Below the pieces are notes generated by a model. It had not been told where the DNA came from. It saw only the letters and a list, made by a program, of their open reading frames with translations, and made no database searches. A stretch of DNA of 64,000 bases from Thermodesulfovibrionales bacterium (GTDB lineage Bacteria; Nitrospirota; Thermodesulfovibrionia; Thermodesulfovibrionales; SM23-35), in assembly GCA_963715195.1 (NCBI GenBank), contig CAVQRT010000006.1, forward strand, positions 1 through 64,000, read 5' to 3'. Positions 9,585-18,293 of this stretch are shown here, one piece after another. Every line of letters begins with the position of its first letter. The stretch's first letter is position 1. Made by a program: the position numbers and the translations under genes.

Positions 9585-9735
9585 CTTATTGGCAAAACAG
9601 AAAGCAGAAAAATGTATACGGGCTGAGGAAAATAATCAGAAAGCATCCGTACAATCGGATAAAACCGATCTATTATACCTGTTTTCCGAATATATTTCTT
9701 TTAAAACCTTTTTTCTGCTTCTGTGTACACACTCA

Positions 9736-9811
9736 TGGTAGGCGGAACAGGGCTTGAACCTGTGACCTCAGCCTTGTAAGGGCTGCGCTCTCCCAACTGA
9801 GCTATCCGCCC
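9736..9811 (-). tRNA. tRNA-Val(TAC)
   Basis: GGGCGGA-TA-GCTC...CAGCC CTTACAA GGCTG...ACAGG TTCAAGC CCTGT-TCCGCCT-ACCA folds as a cloverleaf. Confidence 0.97.
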
Positions 9812-10100
9812 AGGAATTAATTTTATACACTATCAAAACGTTTGTTGTCAATTGACTTGCATGGATGTGCAACGGATGTGAATGAATTCCTGGGAACCGG
9901 ATGTTTATGAAAAAAGTTTTCATATTTGATGATATATGGGAAAAACCACTTTACCTGAAAAATCACTTTGTGTTATTGTCATGTAACCCGAATGCACAGT
10001 TGATTTGTTTATGATGTATTAATGATTGCTAAAAAAAAGGTAACGAAGGGCGATCCGGAAATTCCCGGACCGCCCTTCATAGTCAAAAAGGAGCATTTAT

Positions 10101-10883
10101 ATGCTGATCATTGGTGAAAAGCTGAGCATCATAGCCAAGAGGGTTCGTGAAGCAATGATGAAGAGAGAGAAATCGCCAATACAGGATATCGCAATTGCCC
10201 AGTGGAAGGCGGGTGCAGGGATGATCGATGCCAATATAGGCCCTGCAGAGGATGGCGGTGACGCCTTAATGCAGTGGATGGTTACAACGATTCAGGAAGC
10301 AGTTCCCCTGCCGGTTTGCCTTGATACAACAAATTACCAGGCAATAGAAGCCGGGCTCGGGGTTCACAATAACCAGTGGGGAAGGCCCCTTATCAATTCA
10401 ACCTCAAATGATCCGGAACGGTTTCCCATGCTTGAACTGGCAGCAAAGCATCGTTCCCAGATCATCGGCCTGACGGTAGGGAAGGGCGGACTCCCTGCCG
10501 ACGCTGAAGAAAGAGCATCCATCGCTGCGGAAATTATGGCGCGGGCTGCAGAGTTTGGTGTTCCTCTGGAGGATGTATATCTTGATCCGCTTGTGCTCCA
10601 GATAGCTACTTCCCAGGATCATGCCCTGAAGGTGGTAAAGGCTGTTAAAATGTTTCAGGAATTAAATGATCCGCCCATGAAGACGGTGGTGGGTCTCAGC
10701 AATATCTCGAACGGCTGCCCCAAACATGTAAGGCCGATTATGAATAATTTCTATCTGTCTCTTTTAATATACGAAGGACTTACTGCTGCGATAGCCGATC
10801 CTCATGATGTTTCACAGACGGTAAAGACTATTGACGTGATATTGGGCAATACCCTGTATGCCCATTCGTATCTGGAAATGTAA
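10101..10883 (+). CDS. acsE: Methyltetrahydrofolate:corrinoid iron-sulfur protein methyltransferase
   Basis: MLIIGEK, LDTTNYQAIEAGL, LINST, VYLDPL, VGLSNISNG pterin-binding barrel; first gene of the acs cluster. Confidence 0.92.
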   Translation: MLIIGEKLSIIAKRVREAMMKREKSPIQDIAIAQWKAGAGMIDANIGPAEDGGDALMQWMVTTIQEAVPLPVCLDTTNYQAIEAGLGVHNNQWGRPLINSTSNDPERFPMLELAAKHRSQIIGLTVGKGGLPADAEERASIAAEIMARAAEFGVPLEDVYLDPLVLQIATSQDHALKVVKAVKMFQELNDPPMKTVVGLSNISNGCPKHVRPIMNNFYLSLLIYEGLTAAIADPHDVSQTVKTIDVILGNTLYAHSYLEM

Positions 10884-10888
10884 AAATA

Positions 10889-10980
10889 GGGTCCGAAGAT
10901 TCAAGGGGTCAAGGATTCAAGTGATAAAATGAAATTTCACTGAAATCCCCGAATCCCTGGGTCTCTGAATCCTTTTAACC
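10889..10980. repeat. Intergenic hairpin built from 8-bp-period repeats (GGATTCAA-like / TGAATCC-like)
   Basis: GGGTCCGA AGATTCAA GGGGTCAA GGATTCAA GTGA ... TCAC TGAAATCC CCGAATCC CTGGGTCT CTGAATCC. Confidence 0.75.
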
Positions 10981-10996
10981 AGGTTCAGGAGGTGAT

Positions 10997-11938
10997 ATGC
11001 CATTTACCCGCCCGAGAGAGAGTTATGCCGGTAAGGTTTATCCTGTCGCAATAGGTACAGAACCCCGTGAGATTGTCTTTGGTGGTGAGAATGTGTTTCC
11101 TTTCCATGCCTTCGAGGGATCGATCCCGCATAAACCGGTCATTGCATATGAAATTCAGGACATTTTTCCTGATGACTGGCCTGCAGAGGTTCAGAAGCCG
11201 TATGCGGATGTCTTGAACAACCCTGTTTCATGGGCTCAATTCTGCCGTGACACCCTGAATGCTCAAGTCATTGCGCTCAGACTTGCAGGGACTCATCCGG
11301 ACAGGGCAGACCGTTCCCCTGAAGACGCTGCTGCCACCGTGCGGGAAGTACTCTCATCAGTAGATATCCCTTGCATACTGCTCGGAAGCAATCATGCGGA
11401 AAAGGATGCTTCCGTCCTCATAGCGGCTGCCGAGGCTGCAAAAGATAGGAACTGCATTATCGGCAAGGCGCAGGAATCGAATTACAAGACGATCGCCGCT
11501 GCCGCAATGGCAAATAATCATAAGCTCGTGGCGATGTCTGAGCTCGACATCAATCTCTCGAAGCAGCTGAATATCCTTGTTACACAGATGGGGTTCGATA
11601 AAGAGAAGATTATTATCGATCCGATGTGTTCGGCTCTTGGTTACGGAATTGAGTATACCTATTCTGTCATGGAGCGGATACGTATGGCTGCTCTTGCGCA
11701 AAATGATCCGACCATGCAGCAGCCTATGCTCGGTGATGTGGGTATGTACGTATGGAAAGTAAAAGAGACGCAGGCAGGTGAAGACGACGTGCCGAACTGG
11801 GGAAGCCTGAAAGAGCGTGGTATTGCATGGGAGGCTGTGACAGCCATGACCCTTCTTTTGGCAGGAACCGAAATCCTCATCATGCGGCACCCGGAAGCAA
11901 TAAAGGCAGTTGAAAAAGTGATCGAAGAATTAGCCTAA
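10997..11938 (+). CDS. acsD: Corrinoid iron-sulfur protein small subunit (delta)
   Basis: GGENVFPFHAFEG, DINLSKQLN, ALGYGIEYTYSVMERIR, WEAVTA...MRHP. Confidence 0.95.
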   Translation: MPFTRPRESYAGKVYPVAIGTEPREIVFGGENVFPFHAFEGSIPHKPVIAYEIQDIFPDDWPAEVQKPYADVLNNPVSWAQFCRDTLNAQVIALRLAGTHPDRADRSPEDAAATVREVLSSVDIPCILLGSNHAEKDASVLIAAAEAAKDRNCIIGKAQESNYKTIAAAAMANNHKLVAMSELDINLSKQLNILVTQMGFDKEKIIIDPMCSALGYGIEYTYSVMERIRMAALAQNDPTMQQPMLGDVGMYVWKVKETQAGEDDVPNWGSLKERGIAWEAVTAMTLLLAGTEILIMRHPEAIKAVEKVIEELA

Positions 11939-12016
11939 GGTGATCAAGGATTCAAGGATTCGGCGAAAATTAACAATCAATTACCCGAACCCTTTGACCC
12001 TTGACGACTTGAATCC
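11939..12016. repeat. Second 8-bp-period repeat hairpin
   Basis: GGTGATCAA GGATTCAA GGATTCGG ... CCGAACCC TTTGACCC TTGACGAC TTGAATCC. Confidence 0.75.
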
Positions 12017-12036
12017 TATGAGTTCTGGAGGTTTTG

Positions 12037-13380
12037 ATGGCGTTAACTGGCGTTGAGATATTCAAACTCCTTCCGAAAACAAATTGCAAGAAATGCGGGT
12101 TCCCTACCTGTCTGGCCTTTGCGATGAAACTCGCCCAGCGGCAGGCATCTCTGGATTTATGTCCGGATGTTTCAGATGAGGCAAGGCAGAAGCTCGGTGA
12201 GGCATCTGCTCCTCCGGTACGGCCGATAGTTCTCGGCTCGGGTGAAAAAGCAGTAAAGATGGGGGAAGAAACCGTGCTTTTCAGACATGATAAACGGTTT
12301 GTGAACCCCTGTGCTTTTGCACTGGAAATAAAAGATACGTTGACCGACGCGGAAATAAAGCAGAAGGTAGCGGAAGTCATTCACTCGGAAATCGACAGAG
12401 TGGGGCAGAAACTCAGGATTGATGCGATAGCACTGGTGAATGACTCTGCCGATGAAGGGAGATTCGCGAGTGCGGCATCTGTCGTTGCTTCGGATGCCCC
12501 TGCTGTTCCCGTAATATTGTGCACTGCGAACCCGCAAACTGCCGAAAGTGCACTGAAGATATTTCCCGACAAGAAGCCGGTCATCTGCGGGATGAATTCA
12601 GACAATATCGAAGCCATGGCAGCCCTTGCAAAATCCTGGAAGGCGACACCCGGAGTGTCTGCAAAGGGACTGGATGAACTCGTTCAACTTACGGAAAAAG
12701 CGAAGGCTCTCGGTATTGAGGACATGGTGATCGACTCAGGCGGCCGGACTGCAAAAGAGATCCTCGAGCACAACACCCTGATCAGGAGATCTGCCGTCAA
12801 GAAGAATTTCAAGCCTCTCGGTTATCCTGTGATAACATTTGCACAGCGGGAAAATACCCTTCTCGAAACGCTGATTGCAACAATTGGAATAGCGAAATAC
12901 TCTTCGATCATAGTCCTGAGTAGTATCGAACAGTGGAAAACCCTTGCCCTATTTACGCTCAGGCAGAATATTTACACTGACCCGCAGGTTCCGATGCAGG
13001 TGGAGCAGAAGATTTACAAAATCGGTGAGCCGACGCCGACATCACCTCTGTTTATTACGACGAATTTTTCGCTCACCTATTTTATTGTCTCAGGTGAAAT
13101 AGAGAATAGCAAAACGCCAGGGCACCTTGCTGTTATGGACTGTGAGGGGCTTTCTGTTTTGACAGCTTGGGCAGCAGGCAAATTTACCGCATCAAAAATT
13201 GCCCAGTTCATACACGAAAGCGGCGTAGAGAATCAGATTCGGCACAAAGAGCTAATCATTCCTGGTTATGTAGCGATATTAAGCGGTGCACTCGAAGATA
13301 AGCTTGAAGGCTGGAAGATTACGGTTGGACCCCGGGAAGCAAACGGAATCAGCGCATTTCTCAAGTCCAAACACCAGTAG
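12037..13380 (+). CDS. acsC: Corrinoid iron-sulfur protein large subunit (gamma)
   Basis: LPKTNCKKCGFPTCLAFAM...CP Fe-S motif; LRQNIYTDPQ, TTNFSLTY, GLSVLTAWAAGKF. Confidence 0.97.
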   Translation: MALTGVEIFKLLPKTNCKKCGFPTCLAFAMKLAQRQASLDLCPDVSDEARQKLGEASAPPVRPIVLGSGEKAVKMGEETVLFRHDKRFVNPCAFALEIKDTLTDAEIKQKVAEVIHSEIDRVGQKLRIDAIALVNDSADEGRFASAASVVASDAPAVPVILCTANPQTAESALKIFPDKKPVICGMNSDNIEAMAALAKSWKATPGVSAKGLDELVQLTEKAKALGIEDMVIDSGGRTAKEILEHNTLIRRSAVKKNFKPLGYPVITFAQRENTLLETLIATIGIAKYSSIIVLSSIEQWKTLALFTLRQNIYTDPQVPMQVEQKIYKIGEPTPTSPLFITTNFSLTYFIVSGEIENSKTPGHLAVMDCEGLSVLTAWAAGKFTASKIAQFIHESGVENQIRHKELIIPGYVAILSGALEDKLEGWKITVGPREANGISAFLKSKHQ

Positions 13381-13537
13381 ACAGCAGGTAGTTGGAAAGA
13401 ACTAAGAACTAAAACATGACAACGATGAGCAAATGGTAGGCAGGATAAAGGTTGTGGCGATAATACAAAGAAAGATAGAATGTTTTTCCCCGTCTGCAAT
13501 CTATTACATTGCTATCTACTGATTAAGGGGGATTATC

Positions 13538-15736
13538 ATGTCAAAGTTTATAGCCTCGGCAGCGATTAAAGGTGCTCAGAGAATTACCAGAGAGGCTGAA
13601 GAGATGCTCCGAAAGGCTGTTGCCGAGAAGGGCGAAAATTACAGTTTCGAATTTCCGGACACTGCATACTACCTTCCCTTGTTCTATGCCCTGACGGGAT
13701 TCCCCGTGAAGACACTCTCGGACATGAGGGTCGCACTCGGCATGGTACAAGAAATGCTCCATCCGGATCCTGAGGAGCAGATCTGGACGCCTTATCTGGG
13801 AGAAGCACTCGATTCAGGAATGGCGACACTCTTCTCTGAAGAGATCATTATGGCGATACGCTATATATATGGCCTTGAGCCAGCAGTCGATCCCGAAACG
13901 GGCTATATATACAACGGCTTCGTCACTGATACAATCCAGCGGAATCTTGGTATACAGCTGGTGGATGGAACAATGCCGGGGTTTGCTGCCATTATCGGTG
14001 CAGCTCCGGATGATGATACTGCAGTAAAAATAATACGGGAGCTTCAGGAAAAGAATATCCTGATCTTTCTCTCAGGTCATGTGCGTGGCAATAGTATGAC
14101 GAAACAGCTCCTCAGAAAAGGGATTGAACTCGGTTGGGATACGAGAATTGTCCCTGTTGGTCCGGATACGGAACATACCGTTTATCCGCTCAATTGGTCT
14201 ATCAGGGCCTCTCTCATTTACGGTGGGAGAAAACCCGGGGATTTTAAAGGCCATTTGAAATACACGAAAGACAGGGTTTTTGCCTTTGCACTCGTACTCG
14301 GTGAGCTCGATGATATGAAGTGGTCAAACGGTGCCGGTGCCATCAATATGGGGTATCCGGCGATATGCGATACAGACGTCCCTGTTATTCACCCGACGGG
14401 TGTATGCACGTATGAGGAGGTGGAGAAAGAACTTGATCATACGAAGATTGTCCAGAAGGCGATAGAAGTCAGGGGACTGAAGATTACTGTTGAAAAGCCG
14501 CCAATACCCGTTGCCTATGGGCCGGCATTTGAAGGGGAAAGAATTCGCAAGGAGGATATGTTTCTTGAGTTTGGCGGAGCCCGTACCTCATCATTTGAGT
14601 GGGTCCGGATGAGGGAGATGGATGAAATTGAGGACGGAAGGGTTGAAATTGTCGGAAACAATTGGCATGAAACCTATGAGAAAGGTGGTCAGATGCCGTT
14701 GGCCATTGTCATCGATGTTGCCGGGCGAAAAATGCAGAAAGATTTTGAGGGAGTTATTGAAAGAAAGATTCATCATAATATCAATGAGGCGCAGGGCATT
14801 TGGCACATGGGGCAGCGCGATATCAACTGGATGCGGATAAGCAATAATGCAAAAAAGGACGGTTTTACCCTGGAGCATCTCGGCATCCTTAATGCAACTA
14901 TGACCCATAGCAGGTTCAGATCCATTGTTGATAAGGTACAGGTTACTATTTATACGGACGAAGAAGATGTCGTAAGACTCCGGGAAGAGGCAAGGAAATC
15001 ATACAAAGAGCGTGATCAGAGGCTTGGCGGTCTTGTGGATGAATCAGTGGACACATTCTATTCGTGCCTCCTCTGCCAGTCATTTGCGCCAAGCCATGTC
15101 TGTGTCATAAGCCCCGAGAGGCTCGGCCTCTGCGGTGCATATAACTGGCTTGACTGTAAGGCTGCTTTCGAGATAGACCCGACAGGGGGAAATCAACCGA
15201 TTCTAAAGGGTACACAGATTGATACACGGTTCGGCAGATATACGGGAATCGATGATTATCTGAAAAAGGCTTCGGGTGGTGCCGTTGAGACGCTGAACCT
15301 TTATACCATCATGGAAAACCCGATGACTTCATGCGGATGCTTCGAGTGCATTGTTGCAATTATTCCCGAAGCGAACGGTGTTATGATCGTCAACCGAGGT
15401 CATACTGGAATGACGCCGGCGGGAATGAAATTTTCGACGCTGGCGGGAACAGTCGGCGGCGGAACCCAGAATCCCGGATTCATGGGCATAGGCAGAAATT
15501 TTATTGTCAGTAAGAAATTTCTTGCCGGAGACGGGGGAATCAGGCGGATCGTCTGGATGACAAAAAATCTGAAAGAAAGTCTCAGAGAAGATTTCGAAAA
15601 AAGAGCTGCTGAAGAAGGGGTGTCGGACCTTTTCGACAAGATAGCGGACGAAACAATCTGTGAGGAACCTGAGAAGCTGGTCGAGTTCCTCACGGGCGCA
15701 GGACATCCGGCACTCGAAATGGAGCCGATGTTTTAA
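13538..15736 (+). CDS. acsB: Acetyl-CoA synthase subunit of CODH/ACS
   Basis: FPDTAYYLP, FYSCLLCQSFAPSHVC...RLGLCGAY, PMTSCGCFE A-cluster motifs. Confidence 0.97.
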   Translation: MSKFIASAAIKGAQRITREAEEMLRKAVAEKGENYSFEFPDTAYYLPLFYALTGFPVKTLSDMRVALGMVQEMLHPDPEEQIWTPYLGEALDSGMATLFSEEIIMAIRYIYGLEPAVDPETGYIYNGFVTDTIQRNLGIQLVDGTMPGFAAIIGAAPDDDTAVKIIRELQEKNILIFLSGHVRGNSMTKQLLRKGIELGWDTRIVPVGPDTEHTVYPLNWSIRASLIYGGRKPGDFKGHLKYTKDRVFAFALVLGELDDMKWSNGAGAINMGYPAICDTDVPVIHPTGVCTYEEVEKELDHTKIVQKAIEVRGLKITVEKPPIPVAYGPAFEGERIRKEDMFLEFGGARTSSFEWVRMREMDEIEDGRVEIVGNNWHETYEKGGQMPLAIVIDVAGRKMQKDFEGVIERKIHHNINEAQGIWHMGQRDINWMRISNNAKKDGFTLEHLGILNATMTHSRFRSIVDKVQVTIYTDEEDVVRLREEARKSYKERDQRLGGLVDESVDTFYSCLLCQSFAPSHVCVISPERLGLCGAYNWLDCKAAFEIDPTGGNQPILKGTQIDTRFGRYTGIDDYLKKASGGAVETLNLYTIMENPMTSCGCFECIVAIIPEANGVMIVNRGHTGMTPAGMKFSTLAGTVGGGTQNPGFMGIGRNFIVSKKFLAGDGGIRRIVWMTKNLKESLREDFEKRAAEEGVSDLFDKIADETICEEPEKLVEFLTGAGHPALEMEPMF

Positions 15737-15759
15737 GAAACAGGAAATTTGGAGGTTGT

Positions 15760-17745
15760 ATGGATAAAGTTGTAAAGAGTGCAGATGAACAGTCTGAAAG
15801 GATTATAGAGTGGAGTGAATCTCAGAATATAGAGACATGTTTTGAGAGGGCTCAGAAACTGAAACCATGCCCTATTGGTTCTGCCGGAGCCTGCTGCAGG
15901 ATGTGCCATGTCGGACCATGCCGCCTTGTGGGACAGAATGCCGAAGAAGATGCAACAGGGGTATGCGGCGCAACTCTGCCCACTATAGCAGCCAGGAATT
16001 TCCTGCGCATGGCTGCAGCCGGATCAGCTGCCCATTCAGACCATGCGCGTGGTATGGCATTTACCCTCCTGTCTGTTGCGAATGGAGAAGTGGATGACTT
16101 CAGGATAACGGATGTGAAAAAACTTTACAGAATAGCAGGAATTCTCGGGATTGAATTTGAATCCCGGCCGGTGAATGACGTTGCACGGGATGTGGCAATG
16201 AAGCTGATCGAGGACTTTGGACGACAGAGAGGCACGCTGTACTTCATGCAAAGAGCACCTGAAAAGACCCGGCAACGGTGGAAACAGTGGGGAATCATGC
16301 CGAGGGGCATTGACAGGGAAATAACGGAAGCGCTGCACAGGACGAATATCGGCGTTGACCATGAACCGGATAATCTCCTTCTGAGCGCACTCAGGGTTTC
16401 CCTTGCGGACGGGTGGGGCGGATCGATGATATCAACGGATATTACGGATATTCTTTTCGGAACCCCAAGGCCGAAGAAGGCTGAAGCGAGTTTCGGGATA
16501 TTCAAGGAAGACGAAGTTAACCTTGTCGTGCACGGACATGAACCGTCACTTGCGGAGATCCTCGTGGATGTGGTGGATGAACCCGAGATGATCGCATATG
16601 CGAAATCGAAAGGGGCTGCGGGGATCAACCTCGGAGGGATGTGCTGCACGGCAAATGAAGTATTGATGAGGCACGGCATTCCGACGGCCGGAGGGTTCAC
16701 CAACCAGGAACTCGCTGTTCTGACCGGTCTTGTCGATGCTATGACCGTGGATGTTCAGTGCATCATGCCAGCACTGACAGGGCTTGCAAAGAAATTCCAC
16801 ACAAAGATCATCACAACGTCCTATAAGGCAAAGATGCCCGGGGCGATGCATATCGAATTTGACGAACACCGGGCACGGGATATAGCCCGACAGATCGTGA
16901 AGATTGCCGCAGATAATTATGTTAACAGGAAAACGAAGGGGAGTTTCATTACCGATACCTTCCCCGTGATTGGCGGGTTTTCCCATGAGTATATTGAATA
17001 CATGCAAGGGGGTCGGTGGAGGGCCTCTTTCAGACCACTCAATGATGCAATCATGGCAGGGAGAATCAGGGGGGTTGTCGGGCTTGCAGGATGTGACAAC
17101 CCCAGGGTGCCTGCCCAGGGGCTTCACCGTTTTCTTGCCTCTGAATTGATCAGGAAGGATGTGCTTATTGTATCTACAGGATGCGGTTCTGCCGCATGCG
17201 GGACTGCCGGTTTTTTAACACCGGAGACAGCTTTGGAAATTGCAGGCCCCGGATTGAGAGAAGTGTGCGAGGCAATCGGAATTCCGCCAATTCTGCATCT
17301 CGGCGCCTGTGTCGATAATTCACGGATTCTGACCATTATTTCAGCTATGGCTGAAGAAGGTGGACTCTCCGACGAGATCGGGGGAATGCCTGCAGTCGGC
17401 ATTGCACCTGAATGGATGTCAGAGAAAGCGGTAGCAATTGGGTGTTATCTTGCTGCATCAGGCGTGCCGGTTATTTTTGGCGGCGAATCCCCTGTCGGAG
17501 CAAGCAAACAGGTGACACACATCATGACCGAGGTCTGGTTTGAGCGATTCAGGGGTGCCTTCCATTTTGAACCTGATCCCGAAAAGATGCTAGCCCTTGC
17601 CCTGAACTATATCGACAGGGCCCGTGAAAGCCTGAAGCTCAGGAAATATGAGCCCGGAAAGTTCGGAGGTGAGAGGGTTCTCATGGATATGGCTGCGCGG
17701 CGTGAAATTGAGAGGGCGGCAAAACCTCATCTCGGAATTTATTAG
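15760..17745 (+). CDS. cooS: Anaerobic Ni-carbon monoxide dehydrogenase catalytic subunit (AcsA)
   Basis: CCRMCHVGPC B-cluster; HGHEP, GMCCTANE, DVQC, AGCDN, STGC, GACVDNSR C-cluster ligands. Confidence 0.96.
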   Translation: MDKVVKSADEQSERIIEWSESQNIETCFERAQKLKPCPIGSAGACCRMCHVGPCRLVGQNAEEDATGVCGATLPTIAARNFLRMAAAGSAAHSDHARGMAFTLLSVANGEVDDFRITDVKKLYRIAGILGIEFESRPVNDVARDVAMKLIEDFGRQRGTLYFMQRAPEKTRQRWKQWGIMPRGIDREITEALHRTNIGVDHEPDNLLLSALRVSLADGWGGSMISTDITDILFGTPRPKKAEASFGIFKEDEVNLVVHGHEPSLAEILVDVVDEPEMIAYAKSKGAAGINLGGMCCTANEVLMRHGIPTAGGFTNQELAVLTGLVDAMTVDVQCIMPALTGLAKKFHTKIITTSYKAKMPGAMHIEFDEHRARDIARQIVKIAADNYVNRKTKGSFITDTFPVIGGFSHEYIEYMQGGRWRASFRPLNDAIMAGRIRGVVGLAGCDNPRVPAQGLHRFLASELIRKDVLIVSTGCGSAACGTAGFLTPETALEIAGPGLREVCEAIGIPPILHLGACVDNSRILTIISAMAEEGGLSDEIGGMPAVGIAPEWMSEKAVAIGCYLAASGVPVIFGGESPVGASKQVTHIMTEVWFERFRGAFHFEPDPEKMLALALNYIDRARESLKLRKYEPGKFGGERVLMDMAARREIERAAKPHLGIY

Positions 17746-17765
17746 GTTAAGGATCGGGAGAAACG

Positions 17766-18260
17766 ATGAACGTGGATGAACTGCATATCGATGACGAGAT
17801 CGGAGCTGTCGGCAGGATACTCTCCGATAACGAAAAGAAAAAGGGAATTCTGATCCATGCATTGCATACGATTCAGGAAGATCAGGGGTATCTGCCTGAA
17901 GATGTTCTCAGAAGACTTTCGAATAACCTGAATATCCCCCTGTCTGATATCTACAGCGTGGCAAGTTTCTACAAGATGTTTCACTTCAAACCCCGGGGGA
18001 AAAAGATTGTGAAAGTCTGCCTCGGTACCGCATGTTACGTGAGAGGGTCTAAACATCTTCTCACAACTCTCGAAAACGAATTTCATGTCCAGAACGGAGA
18101 GACAACAGAAGACCTTGCGATGACACTCGAGACGGTAGGGTGCGTCGGATGCTGCGGCCTTGCGCCAGTATCCACAATTAACGATGAAGTCACCGGAGAA
18201 ATAATCGGAGACAGGAGAATAGAACAGTTTATCCAATTAATAAAAAATGGTTCTGAATAA
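17766..18260 (+). CDS. NuoE/HydC-like [2Fe-2S] subunit
   Basis: VCLGTACYVRG and VGCVGCCGLAP. Confidence 0.92.
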   Translation: MNVDELHIDDEIGAVGRILSDNEKKKGILIHALHTIQEDQGYLPEDVLRRLSNNLNIPLSDIYSVASFYKMFHFKPRGKKIVKVCLGTACYVRGSKHLLTTLENEFHVQNGETTEDLAMTLETVGCVGCCGLAPVSTINDEVTGEIIGDRRIEQFIQLIKNGSE

Positions 18261-18293
18261 ATACTGGTGCAATCTGTCGGACTGAATATCTAC

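Noticed and set aside
9506..9757. 83-aa ORF MAGWTGLEPATSGLTG...
   Set aside because: Antisense translation of tRNA-Asp and tRNA-Val
7476..9811. Prophage or integrative element at tRNA-Asp/Val
   Set aside because: No integrase and no duplicated tRNA 3' end seen
10889..12016. CRISPR array or tandem-repeat locus
   Set aside because: Units are 8 bp, degenerate, have no spacers, and no cas genes are in the window
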